64,000 bases of DNA from Octopus vulgaris (Eukaryota). The position numbers and the translations under genes are program-made. How positions within the stretch are numbered: the first letter of the stretch is position 1; every line of letters begins with the position of its first letter. The notes under the pieces were generated by a model. The model had not been told where the DNA came from and ran no database searches. It was given only the letters and a program-made list of their open reading frames with translations. Below, piece after piece: positions 41,290 to 54,784 of this stretch. The stretch is from the NCBI GenBank assembly GCA_951406725.2, contig OX597825.1:12834001-12898000 (forward strand). Reading direction: 5' to 3'.

Positions 41290-41698
41290 GGCGTAGGAGT
41301 GGCTGTGTGGTAAGTAGCTTGCTTATGAACAACATGGTTCCGGGTTCACTCCCACCGCATGGCACCTTGGGTAAGTGTCTTCTACTATAGCCTCGGGCAG
41401 ACCAAAGCCTTGCGAGTGGATTTGGTAGGCGGAAGTTAAAAGAAACCCGTCGTATATATGTACATATATGTATGTGTGTGTATATGTTTGTGTGTTTGTG
41501 TTTGTCCCCCCAACATCGCTTGGCAACCGATGTTGGTGTGTTTGCGCCCCCGTAACTTAGCGGCTCGGCAAAGGTGACCGATAGAATAAGTACAAGGCTT
41601 ACAAAGAATAAGTCCTGGGGTCGAATTGCTCGACTGAAAGCGGTGCTCCTGCATGGCCACAGTCAAATGACTGAAACAAATAAAAGAGTTAAAGAGTA
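41290..41698 (+). mobile_element. SINE family A
   Basis: Full-length copy. Confidence 0.95.
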
Positions 41699-43330
41699 AG
41701 TTTAAAATATTCTAGTGGTTGTGATCAATATTGTGGTGCATAGAACTTCCCTCATCGGCTAACGTGGTGTTTTGAGATGCAAACCATGTATATTTGGGTC
41801 GAAATACATAACACAGTATCGATCAGACCATCAGATTCTGTTGTACACAGTTGGTCACAATGCACTTCAAATTCTGTCTTGATTTCTCCATTTTATTCCA
41901 ATCTTGACGGAAATTGACTTCGTAAAGCAATTTGAATCAAGATTTGGGTCAAGAAATACTCATGCACATTCCTAAATAACATGTCAATATAAAACCCTTT
42001 CCCTTCACTGAGAGGATGGAATATAGGTTAAACATCCAATGTAGTTACCTCTAGTCAGTGTTCCATTATACAAAACGATGCAAATAAAACTACTTTTTTT
42101 ATTAAATAATGCGTAAAAAATTCGTGAGCCCATGGCAAACAACGACGTTAATACAAATATCTATTAGAAAAATAATATAGCGATATCTCATGCAAAAATA
42201 ATACATTTCTCTATTATATGATTACGAAAAAGGCATGCGGTTGAGCAACAACAACAATAAGAGAAATATAAACACGCAAAGTAATTAAAATGTGATAAAT
42301 ATTTGGCAGCGGTTGATTGAATGAATCTGAGATAAGTTGCAAAATGGTATTAAAATGCATAGGAACGTAACACATATATTTAATTTTAAAAATGTTAGAA
42401 ACTAAAGAAATAAATTTAACTTACAATGTCCTATGGCTACACCAGCAATCGCGAAATCTCCAATTTTTATGTAAAATTTGTAGTCGATTGACCTCCTGCT
42501 TCTGGGTGAGTTATTCCAGAATTTTCGGCGACTTAACGCACAGCAAATTGTCTCGTGATATTGAAATATTTATTATATACAGAAATTTGAATGTACATCG
42601 TTATTAGGAACATATACAACCACACAAACACACTCGTTCATTCATGTTAGCAGGCATAGACAAGGAGACGCATAGTCTTAAATATATTCTTCCAAAATAT
42701 AAGAAAATAACATCTATAGAAAACGAAAACCCCTCATGCCTACTCATGCTCAAAGCCACCAACACACAGGCTTATACATGTAACACATTACAAGTAAACC
42801 TCATTCACTGGTATATGCCTATAATACTGCGCATAGACATACATCTTCAGAAACCAACACCGATGCATACACACGTACATGAAGGAAGCAGAGGCGTAAT
42901 TATAGAGAAATAGATTCTACCAAAGATCAAGAATCAGATTAATGAACCGGTTTGCCACCAACTAAGCTTTTTTTGTTCCATGGGACACATCATCAAAAAA
43001 ACAGACATGGAAAGAAATTTTGCTGGGAGCCATTTTTTCTAAATTTATCTTTAGAACAAGATCATGATGTTGATTGAATTACTACTTAAAAAATATTTTA
43101 TAACAGTGTTTTTTTTTGTTTTTTTGTATACCTTTTTCTTGACCATTGAAAATAGATAAAACTAACGTATAAATTATCTTTAATAACGTGATTTAGACTT
43201 GAGATTGAGAGAGACTATACTAAATGCCTCAGAGATGTGACTCGAGCAGTGGTTCCCAACGTGGTGTCCGCGGGCCCCTGGTGATCCGCAAAGATAATAA
43301 TACTGGGGTTCATATATAGATATATATATA

Positions 43331-43478
43331 CCGGAGTAAACACATAAATGTGAAACAAGGTGGAAAAAAGAGTACTCAAATACCAGTGGTAGAGTAATAT
43401 GCTTTATTTAAAGCAGCAGAAAATTCAATAAAACCTTTAACTCTGGGTTTCCCGTTGCCGTTCGTCGGACAGTTTTTG

Positions 43479-43480
<2 letters not shown>
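43331..43480 (-). mobile_element. Family P4 fragment with degenerate hammerhead-like motif at 43434-43474
   Basis: Minus: CTGT-CCGACGA-ACG-GCAA-CGG-GAAA-CCCAGAG-TT-AAAG; (TA)n flanks. Confidence 0.5.
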
Positions 43481-43531
<51 letters not shown>

Positions 43532-43537
<6 letters not shown>

Positions 43538-43834
43538 AAGATAAGGGTTATGAATGTAACCTACTATGGGATATCAATTATCCAATATACTGTTAGTAAA
43601 GTACCCAAATTCTTAATACACAAATATTTTAATTACAATGCAATTAATTCATTTATTGTATTAAGTGGGTGAAGGTAAAAAAAATATTTTTACCGTAAAT
43701 TTGTGATACAAATAAGAAAACGGAGAAACCAATTCAGCTCGTTCATCAACTTACGGATATTACAATGTTACGTAACATTGTAATATCCGTAAGTTGATGA
43801 ACAAGCTGAATTGGTTTCTCCGTTTTCTTATTTG

Positions 43835-43839
<5 letters not shown>
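43532..43839 (-). mobile_element. Insert ending in a 132-bp spacerless palindrome
   Basis: 43706-43837 palindromic about TTAC|GTAA with one mismatch; (TA)n flanks. Confidence 0.8.
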
Positions 43840-43890
<51 letters not shown>

Positions 43891-43997
43891 GAAAGAAGGT
43901 TTGAAAATGCAATTTTAAAAGGTGTTTATTCACTTGACCGGTTTCACTGTATTACCATTTTTCACTTTGTTATATGTATATATATATATATATATAT

Positions 43998-44402
43998 ATT
44001 CTCTTATATGTTTAAGTCCAATGACTGTGGCCATGCTGGAGGACCGCCATTGCAATCATCTTTCCACTTCCCCCTCTGTCGGAGCGGCTTCTGGTGAAGG
44101 ATGTAGTTCAATGCTACTGCCCTCTTTTGAGTTTCTTGATTAGATATTGGCTCATCCGGGATCTCGGTGAGCCAGAGGTCAAGTTCACATTTGAAAACGT
44201 CTACATCCACTCCATAGAGTCTCCTCAGATGCTTCGGCGGACAGTTAAACAGCTGTGGGGCCTTGAAACCCAAGCTATTGAAGTACATCGTCCTTGCCCG
44301 AGATGAAGCAGTCAGCACAATGGGGACAGCACAGTGACGTCCTGTTTGTGGTGTGGTATAGCTCTTCATTCCAAAGTTTGGTACCAGTCTTTCCAGTATC
44401 TT

Positions 44403-44405
<3 letters not shown>
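43998..44405 (-). mobile_element. CR1-group LINE 3' fragment
   Basis: GRHC...NSLGFKAPQLFNCPPKHLR..DVFKCELDLWLTEIPDEP C-terminus; 3' UTR GGCGGTCCTCCAGCATGGCCACAGTC. Confidence 0.8.
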
Positions 44406-44449
<44 letters not shown>

Positions 44450-44511
44450 TGCATACCTCTCCTACCTTCGTTCCAGGGAATAGAGTCGCAACTCATATAT
44501 ATATATATATA

Positions 44512-44831
44512 TAAAGCAGTTAAGATTCAAGTGAGTTCTGTTTTCTGGAAAACTAAGAGGTTTTTTAAAATACTTTTTTAAAACCCGTTATATGACTGTG
44601 CAACACTAAAAGAACTTTCAGAAGTCCATTTGTTACCTAATTCTTATTTTTATAGAACTAACACCAATATTTCAAGAGTGTAACATCACCCGCTTAGATG
44701 TTTGGGGAACTCAGATGTTTTTTCGGTGAGTACGGGTCACTTATATTTACTGCAATATTTGCAGCCTTAATAAAGCTGTCTTCGTACGAAACAATTGTAC
44801 CGAAATATTGATCCATTCTTGTTGCTTTTTT

Positions 44832-44835
<4 letters not shown>
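44512..44835 (+). mobile_element. Probable Penelope-like terminal fragment between (TA)n tracts
   Basis: (TA)n flanks; GAAACAATTGTA motif at ~44788 as in 24690-24998. Confidence 0.4.
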
Positions 44836-44871
<36 letters not shown>

Positions 44872-44890
44872 TAAATATATATATATGATT

Positions 44891-45225
44891 AAATAGTCAA
44901 TAAAAGAAAATGGAGAAGAAAAATTTAAAATATGCTTGGCTTGTTTTATTTGTATTATAATTGGAGAAATAATGCAAATTAAGAGGTGAAAAATATACCT
45001 ATAAGAGTATAATAGTTACTGTTCCAACTGTAATACAAATAAAGCAAACCAAGCATCTTTTTAAACCTCTTTCTTCTTCATTTTCTTTTATTGACTTCTA
45101 AATTTTATTAGACTGTTTAACATATATATTGATGGCCTTCCTATCAATATATTCGGTTAAACACAGTTGGCGTCAGAATTGTTTCTAACAATCCCTTTGA
45201 GGATATTGCTTCCCTAACTTCTGCA
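44891..45225 (+). mobile_element. Inverted-repeat-plus-tail insert in (TA)n
   Basis: Imperfect arms ~44895-44964 / 45023-45096, tail to 45225. Confidence 0.65.
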
Positions 45226-45246
45226 TATATATATATATATATATAT

Positions 45247-45548
45247 ATAATCAAAATAAGCAACACGGATATCCAAAAGTAATGCAGTACGATCGTTTCA
45301 TGCGACTCCATTTAATTAAACAATGCAAGTATTACATCAGTTTTGAAATGTAGAGCAATCTTAAAACTGATGTAATACTTGCATTGTTTAATTAAATGAA
45401 GTCGCATGAAACTATCGTACTGCATGCATACCTTTGGATATCCGTGTTGCTTATTTGGATTATAATCACCCCATTTTGAATTATATGGATAATACCATAC
45501 CAAATTCTGGTGCCTTTAGATTTCAACTGAATCTAAATTTTTACTGAA
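45247..45548 (+). mobile_element. Inverted-repeat-plus-tail insert
   Basis: ~100-bp arms 45247-45344 / 45363-45463, 18-bp spacer, tail to 45548. Confidence 0.8.
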
Positions 45549-45550
45549 CA

Positions 45551-45852
<302 letters not shown>

Positions 45853-46559
45853 ATAAACATATTCAAAGGGGTCCGTGGTAAAACTCATTTAAATAAATGG
45901 GTTGGGGACCACTGGACTAGAATATTTTGCACTTTTAAACAATTTGCGACAGACGTACAGATAATATGTTTATTTAGAGTGTCTAGACACAGTAATCAAA
46001 TATATTTAGGAAAGAGTAACGAGATCTCTTAGTATTCATCACTTATCGAAAGGCCATCAACGTTTTAATTCGAATTATTTCAGTCAAGAATTGAAACTGA
46101 AGCGGATTAACGGTTTACAAGTATTTAGCGCTTATTCCTCGATGCTATCGGCAACTAAATGATCTAGTTGATAACTATACCGACAAACCCCAAGACACTA
46201 AACAGAAGTTTAATGAAATGCGGGGCTTTATTTGTTTAATGAAATTATAGCTACGTTCCTCTTGAGAAATAATTCTCAAAACCTTTTGTATAATCACAGA
46301 ACACAAGTTAAAAACTGGGTTATTTTCCGTTCCGCTTGCATTTGATGTTTCAACAATAATTTGCGGGGAAAATGCATCATAATTTTAAGAGTGCCTTTTG
46401 ATATTGTTAAAAAAAAGCACTTTCTGTCACAGAAAGTCATACCATTTCATGTACAGCTTGCAACAAGTTAGCCGGTTGTCCATTGTGCATTGGCCATTTC
46501 AAAATTGAAATCAAGTCACACAGCACGAAAAAGTTTCTCATTCCTAAGGTATTTTTCGA

Positions 46560-46609
<50 letters not shown>

Positions 46610-47175
46610 AGGCGGCGAGCTGGCAGAATGGTTAGCATGCCGGGTTAAATGCGCAGCCTTATTTCGTCTGCCGCTACGTTCTGAGTTCAAATTCCGCCGA
46701 GGTCGGCTTTGCCTTTCATCCTTTTGGGGTCGATAAATTAAGTACCACTTACGCACTGGAGTCGACGTAATCGACTTAATCCTGTTGTATGTCCTTGTTT
46801 GTCCCCTCTGTATTTAGCCCCTTGTGGGTAGTAAAGAAATATGTATTTCGTCTGCCGTTACGTTCTGAGTTTAAATTCCGCTTTCATCCTTTCGTGGTCG
46901 ATTAAATAAGTACCAGTTACGCACTGGGGTCGATATAATCGACTTAATCCGTTTGTTTGTCCTTGTTTGTCTTCTCTGTGTTTAGCCCCTTGTGGGTAGT
47001 AAAGAAATAGGTATTTCGTCTGTCTTTACGTTGTGAGTTCAAATTCCGCCGAGGTCCACTTTGCCTTTCATTCTTTCTAGATCGATAAATTAAGTACCAC
47101 TTGCGTACTGGTTGTCGATCTGATCGACTGTCCCAGTTCCCAAAAATTTCTGGCCTTGCGCCTAGAGTAGAAGAA

Positions 47176-47177
<2 letters not shown>
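46610..47177 (+). mobile_element. SINE family B trimer inside (ATT)n
   Basis: Units ~46610-46841, 46842-47010, 47011-47177; units 2-3 headless; unit 3 has the alternative tail. Confidence 0.92.
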
Positions 47178-47253
<76 letters not shown>

Positions 47254-49013
47254 CCTAACTGTAGAAGTAATACAAGATAAATTTTAAATTTACTCTAATC
47301 GTAACCCAAGCTTACTACTAGGACTGAATGAAACTTTTACTCAGGGCTATATACTTTAGGATGTCTGAAATATTTAAGTTAGTTTACCATTTCGTTTCCT
47401 TGAATGTGCTTGCAGTTAATATTACTTGACTCAACAACGTGAAATGTAAAATTCAATTTCTTTATTTCAACTCAAATGCCCTTCTCCATGTCAGAAGCTA
47501 TTTTAATTATTCTTCCTTGCAAAGCATTTTAGAACTATATAATTTTGGTAAATTCACCTTCAGCTTCATCATTACTAGACATTGTTCTACCAATCAGGAA
47601 ATATGCTGAGTAAAAAAGATACGGCTCACCTCTACTACAAACTTTCGTTTGCTTTGTAAATGGTTTCTGTTATTTGATATGAAGCAATCTAAAATTCTGT
47701 GGTGAAGTTTACTTCTTTTTAATTTTTTATTTCTGTTTTCTTTTCTTCCTTCTTTCTTTATTTCTTTCTTCGTTTTTTGTTTTCGTTATCAAAATTTATT
47801 GAATGCCTGATTTGTTGCTAAACTACCTTTAAAATGTTGAGATCTTTATAGCCAAAGATTTTCATTTTAATGGCTGAATATTTTTTCGATTTATTAAAAT
47901 ACTCGACTAAGACATAAAAAAAAATATTAAGATGGTGATGATAATAATGATGATGGCGGTGAGATGTTGGTACTGTGGAGTTGGCGACAATAAGACCAGG
48001 AGAAGGAGTAGGCGCTTGGGGAGGAAGAATATTCTCGACTAAAATTACGGTCGGCTTGCTGAAGTCTTCATCAATCTTTCGAGTTGAGATCGTGGTACTC
48101 TAGAGACAGCGCTTCTGGAATTTGGACTTCATGTTGCGTATACTGTTAACTGCCGTTTTCTCTCTTCCTCAGCCTTCCCAAATTTTCTAACTAAAGAAAA
48201 CTTTACGTGGTTTGGTTCCTGTTTCCACACGATTAACAATTGTACAGCCTTCTTGTCGTTAAGAGTTATCAGACCCCTCATGGTTTATCAAACCGTAACA
48301 CTTGTATGACGAGGATAAAGACAATCACATATATCACCGTTATTTCCGACACTACTACGCCTAATACTAATGGTGGTAGTTGTAATCCATTGAAATATTG
48401 ATATTATGGTGTAGAGAAAATACTTAAAACAATAAGGTTTAAAACGCATATATTTTTTCGATGAAACACAAAGATGTTTCTAGCATAATCGGATATTGCT
48501 TATACACTAATTAAGACCAATTTAATATAATAAACGTGGTGAATGCATTGGATTAACCATTCAAGATTCTTAACACAGATTTAAGTATTTCATTTATTCC
48601 CATAGACAAATATCACATCCAATTTTACCTCCTTTATAAAAACAAAAGCTGTTCGAATCATAGCTCACAAGATAGAATATTTAGTGTTACTATCCATCAA
48701 GTCCCATATCAGTTTCACCAGAGAAGTGCTAAAGAGTTATTTTCTAATTTTAAAGGAATTCAAACGGTTTATCTGACATTTTTTTTTACTTTTGTTTGAT
48801 GAAAATCCGTCCCAGCATCGGTCCATGAATGCATCAGATGATGTTTGGCTTTTGGGACCCTTTCAATGACACCATTCTCTGATATTAATTTCGTCTTAAA
48901 CATAGTACGTCTATCAGAGATATCATCTCAGGTCAAGATCAAATGCTGCATTAAGTCTAACGATGACACACAAATGACTAACTATGTACTCCATCTACTC
49001 ACACAAGCACACT

Positions 49014-49071
<58 letters not shown>

Positions 49072-49610
49072 ATATATAAGTGGTGGTGTCGGTGGTGGGG
49101 AAGAGGATACGGTTTGCATTATAATGGTTATATCGCTGATGGTGATGTGGCTTATTAGATCACCTGTTTTAAAAAATTCAGTATATCTTCTCCTTCTCCT
49201 TTTAAACACACACACACACGCACACACGCGCGCACACTCACAAACGCACGCGCGTCTTCCATCACCAGCACCACTACCACCACGTCCACCACCACCACCA
49301 CCAAGGATGATGAATAGTTTCGACCGGTTTTTGAACTTTATTGAGTTCTCAAGAAAGTTGTTGAAATCGTTTGATAAATGCCAAGGAAGATAATCAGCCA
49401 TTCTCTTTATTAATTCAAAGAAATCCTGGAGGTATGGAGAACCGGAAGCTAATTTGCCAGCCATAAGTGTTAAACGCTTTATTTACCATCTGCGACCCGT
49501 CGACATTACACACAAACGTACACACACACACACACACACACATACACACACACATGCATACACATACACACACACACACACACATACACACACATACACA
49601 CACACATACA

Positions 49611-49670
<60 letters not shown>

Positions 49671-49779
49671 CACACACACACATGCACACACTCACACACA
49701 CGCACACATGCACACACACACATACACACACACATGCACACACACACACGTACAAATATATAAGGTTGACACTGAGAGA

Positions 49780-49888
49780 TGTAGTAGTGGTCGTGGTGGT
49801 GGTGGTGGTGGCGGGATGATGGTCGTAATGAGGTAGGATGTGATATATGACTATTAATTATTGCTGTTGTCAGTGCTGCTGTTGCTGC

Positions 49889-49920
<32 letters not shown>

Positions 49921-50245
49921 CTGTATCGTTAACAGTAGCAGCAACAGTTTCGACATCGCAGGAAGTGGTGGTAGTTGTACTGCAGTTCATAGACATTGTA
50001 CTGATACGTGCTGTGGCATTGGGGGGTGGGGGTGGAGATGATGGTGGTGATATGGTAGTGGTTGCAGTGATGGTATTGGAGATTGTGGTGTTGGTGGTGG
50101 TGGTGGTGGTGGTGGTGATATGGTAGTGGTGGCAGTACGGTGGGGGAGTTACTGGTGGTGATGATGGTGATGGTGGTAATGGTGATGATGGCGTTGGTAG
50201 CAGTGGTGTGTTGGTAGTAGTGGTGTTGGTGGTGGTGGTGGTGCT
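49780..50245. repeat. Mixed trinucleotide low-complexity tract (GGT/GCT/GTT)
   Basis: Directly visible; bounded by (CA)n tracts. Confidence 0.9.
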
Positions 50246-50342
50246 AACGAGGGTGCATTTTGCGTAGCGATAATAGTTATATTTCTGATGGAGATGTTGT
50301 TGCTTATGAGATCGCCAGTATTAAAGCATTCAATATATTTCC

Positions 50343-50408
<66 letters not shown>

Positions 50409-50705
50409 CACACACACACACACACATGCACGCACACATCTTATTAACTCGGCACTTTTGCTTTGCACCTTTGTTTCTCAGAAATAAACGAAATATTTCG
50501 CTTCAGGCAATCCACCCCTACAAATTCCTGTAGATTTTCAAGAATTTCATGCAAATTACTTCTCAGACCTACTTCCTTCTTCCAAACTACTCTCCCTTCT
50601 ACTCAGAAAATAATCGAACAATCTAGCAACAAAAGCATATTATCTTGAGTGTGCTTTGCAAGTTAGAATTTTTCCTCGTGCTCATACCACTAAACTTGGC
50701 TTACA

Positions 50706-51027
50706 TCTTTATATATAAAAGTCAAGTTGTGTGTCAGTCTCCTACGATTTAGATTCCTAAATACTCCCACATTTTGCGGTGCAGTTTAACCAAAACCTGG
50801 TATCTTATAGTCGTGATTCATATCGAGCCCTTCTTTTTTCCATAATCTTTTTCCATTTTAATGCATTTTTTTCGGGAAGTAACTCTCTAAAAATGTCTAC
50901 GATGAGTCAACGATTTAAAAAAAAAATTTTAATGCATTTTTTTGCTATTTTTTGGCTATAACTCTCTAAAACTGCTTATATAGTTATTTCCCTTACAAAC
51001 CCGAGCAACGCCGGGTGATACTGCTAG
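50706..51027 (+). mobile_element. Non-autonomous Helitron, family H1
   Basis: A|TCTTTATATATAAAAG ... hairpin ... CTAG|T. Confidence 0.9.
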
Positions 51028-51051
51028 TTTAATATATATATAAAATATTTT

Positions 51052-51433
51052 GTCTCCGTAAAGCGATAAAAAACCAATGTGTAGATTTCAGAACATTTAT
51101 AAATGCAGGGTCTTACAGCTGTTTCCGGGATATTTTATATATATCCCTTCATCGGAGATGATGTGAGAAGGTGGTTAAGCAATAGTTAATTTAGATAAGA
51201 TACAAAATAGAGAGTGGGGGGAGGAATGAAAATAGATGTGAGATATGCAGGGATATTGCATTTGTAGATCCATTATTTAGGCAGAACGGTATACATATAA
51301 GACTCCGATACCTTATGAGTAAAATCCAATAGTATTTAAATTTTGGTCATTCCAAGTATAGAGTTTATACACAGTGTTATTGAATCAAGGGTTTTATTTA
51401 TGTCTCACTGACACCATTACCTCTCATAACTTC
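51052..51433 (-). mobile_element. Family P5 Penelope-like 3' fragment
   Basis: Flanked by 13-bp direct repeat TATAAAATATTTT (51039-51051, 51434-51446); residual YWI...P.CLN-like coding end; hammerhead downstream. Confidence 0.65.
51111..51158 (-). ncRNA. Minimal type I hammerhead motif (U4C)
   Basis: TCT-CCGATGA-A-GGGATAT-ATATAAA-ATATCCC-G-GAAA-CAGCTG-TA-AGA; palindromic ACAGCTGT stem III. Confidence 0.72.
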
Positions 51434-51464
51434 TATAAAATATTTTACATATGTGCGTGTGTTT

Positions 51465-51610
51465 GTGCGGTAAGTAGCTTGCTTACCAGCCACTTGGTTC
51501 TGGGTTCAGTCCCACTGCGCGGAACCTTGGGCAAGTGTCTTCTACTCTAGTCTCGGGCCGACCAAAGCCTTGTGAGTGGATTTGGTGGACGGAAACTGAA
51601 ATATGTCCGT

Positions 51611-51648
<38 letters not shown>

Positions 51649-51811
51649 TTTGTGTGTCTATGTTTAGGGTTCCGTCACCTAGCGGTTCAGCAAAAGAGAC
51701 CGATAAAATAAGTACAAGACTTACAAAGAATAAGTCCTGGGATCGATCTGTTCGACTAAAAGGCGGTGCTCCAGCATGGCCGCTGTCAAAGGACTGAAAC
51801 AAATAAAAGAA
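51465..51811 (+). mobile_element. SINE family A
   Basis: Diverged copy with internal (TG)n. Confidence 0.9.
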
Positions 51812-52471
51812 TATGCGCGTGTGTTTGTGTGTGTATGTACGTCTGTCTGCGCGTGTAAGTATGTGTGTGCATGTGCCTCTATGTGTGAATTACGTGTGTT
51901 CTGCGAAGATTACAAATACCGTAGTAATAAATATGAAACTAACTACTCGGTATATATTTTATCGTCTACAAGAAACAGTACCTTATTTCTTTCAAGGCAG
52001 CCCTGGCCATTAAACACACTCTGATATATGATATTCCATTAGAGAGTGTTGCATACGATATTCACGATGACTAGACCTTAGATCTGACAATCATAACTAT
52101 TGATAACAGATCGATTTTATCACACTTCGCATGGAAAGAGCAAAGGCGTAGTCAGGCATGGAGAAACACTATAGGAATATGTTTGTAACACAGCATATCT
52201 TGTTGTCTATATATCAACCGAGTTAGCAGTGTTATCTGAAATTTTGGATCGATTTATCTGCATCGATTCCGTTGCAGTGATTGAGACCAGGTTGCTGGTG
52301 CCAGACAAAGTTCTTCCTTCATCCTTAAAATCGCAAAGATCTTGAACTCAATCCATCACTGCACTACCCTTGCTTTAATAAGACATTTGAAATGAAATGG
52401 AAACTAAACACACACACACATTAATATTCTCATATTTTGAATTCTATTTTTCGTCTTTGTATCAGCATACC

Positions 52472-52553
<82 letters not shown>

Positions 52554-52664
52554 TAGGAGAGACAGACAAACAGATTGATAGATAGATAAATAGATAGATA
52601 CGTACATTGATACATAGACAGACAGATAGATAGTAAGTCGAACAAAGAGGTATATATATATATA

Positions 52665-52778
52665 TAATTTATTTTATAGAAGTCCTGTAGAAGCTCCTTC
52701 TATAAAATAAATTAACTTACTCTGCTATGTATTGAGTACCTTATTTACTGTGGTTAACCCCGACTCAACCCGAGACCT

Positions 52779-52782
<4 letters not shown>
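52665..52782 (+). mobile_element. Short inverted-repeat-plus-tail insert in (TA)n
   Basis: 18-bp arms 52665-52682 / 52697-52714, tail to 52782. Confidence 0.6.
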
Positions 52783-52836
<54 letters not shown>

Positions 52837-53658
52837 CGCATGCATCCCTTTTTAAGTAAGATTGTTCTTGATATTAACTTCGATGCGCACTCAACCCTTC
52901 TGTCCTATCCCTTTCTCACCCTTCATTCTTTGATTTCCTTTTCCTCTACTTAACTTGTCTCTCCCTCTCTCTCATTCTTCACTCTCTCTCATTCTTCACT
53001 CTCTCTCTCTCCCACTCTCTCATTCTTCATGGTTTCCTCACAACCATTTCCCGTTCTTCTATCCCTTTCTCTTGCTCCTCCTCCTCCTTCCTGTCGTTGA
53101 CCCGCGACGAGACTTCCGCTACTGTCTTTTCTGGCTTGACCTTCTCAAGGTGTGGATGGCAATCCTCTTTGCTCCGTTCGCCATTCACAGAAATCAGCGT
53201 TCGTAATACCTTTTTTCGTTCGGCGTTAACAGCCCTTCTTATCTTGTTTTTCCTTGTCCTGTCTTTTACTCCTTATATTTTGTACTGTCGTTACTGTCCT
53301 GGTTTGTTACCATTTTCACCTCTCTGCAAAAAGATCTCAAATTTTAATTGATTTGCTTTTCGCATGAAGGAAAGTTTCTTATTCGAAGATACGTCTCGCC
53401 TTCACCTTCGAAACGTAGAGTAGATGAAACCATGGCGACTGAAGAAGGGTTTTTTTCTTTGTGTTGATTGTCCTGTACTCTATTTTTTTTGGTGTTGTTT
53501 AAAAAAATGTCCAGTTCCTTGGGTTTGTGTCTATGGTTTCGTTTCTCATTGTGTTCGACGTTTTTTTTTATCTTCTGTACTCATATATATGCGTGTACAT
53601 ATACATGTAGAGGTAGGTACGTACATATATGTTTATATATATGCATATGTTTTATTTA

Positions 53659-53735
<77 letters not shown>

Positions 53736-53817
53736 GAGAGATAAAGCGATAGACAGACAGACAAATACATAGACAGGCAAACAGTCGGACAAAAGGTTAA
53801 TAGAAACGTATATAGAT

Positions 53818-53819
53818 AC

Positions 53820-53868
<49 letters not shown>

Positions 53869-53883
53869 CAGAATGATAGATAC

Positions 53884-53944
<61 letters not shown>

Positions 53945-53950
53945 CAGAAT

Positions 53951-54004
<54 letters not shown>

Positions 54005-54014
54005 CAGACACAAT

Positions 54015-54086
<72 letters not shown>
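53818..54086. repeat. (GATA)n microsatellite
   Basis: Directly visible. Confidence 0.98.
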
Positions 54087-54087
<1 letters not shown>

Positions 54088-54651
54088 GTGTATGCAAGCA
54101 TGCAAACATACATTCATACAGGCAGGTAAGCAAGCAGATATATACACAGACAGACCTAGAGAGCCAAAAAGAGCGACAACTCTGGTTTCTAATGAGATGA
54201 AATCTGACGTATATACGAAGAGAGAGAACGAGAGTGCTTAGTGGCAGACGACGATATAAATATATTAAAAGAGAACGTAACAGACGATGGAGCTTGGGTG
54301 TGTGAGAGGGAAGACTGTATTGTGCAAAATACAAATCAGCTAATGGAACAAGGTTTGTGTCAATTACTTTTAGATACAGAATAAAGCCGGTGTCAAGATC
54401 CTGACCAACTCTTCAATGAGTTACAGACAATGTATCCTCTTGTACTTTGGCAATGTATCACAAATTCTGGCGAGATAATAAGGGCCGAAGGGGGGTTTTG
54501 TGAATAACAAAAATTTGTGTTATTGTATTATGGCTCTGGAAATATATGGACAGTGAAAAAGGTGATGAGAAAAAAAGAAGTGGGCAAAGAATTATGCATA
54601 CATATATACACGTACACAAACGCAGAGATATGCATACTTACATACATACAC

Positions 54652-54731
<80 letters not shown>

Positions 54732-54751
54732 TACATACATATATATATATA

Positions 54752-54784
<33 letters not shown>

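Noticed and set aside
48982-49996. ORFs MAGKLASGSP... and MSMNCSTTTT... as genes
   Set aside because: Both run into dinucleotide repeats and show no domain; kept only as a low-interest finding
52860-53640. Possible retroelement remnant between (TA)n tracts, with GAAACGTA and CTGAAGA strings
   Set aside because: Motifs are in the wrong order for a type I hammerhead and I see no protein motif; left unclassified
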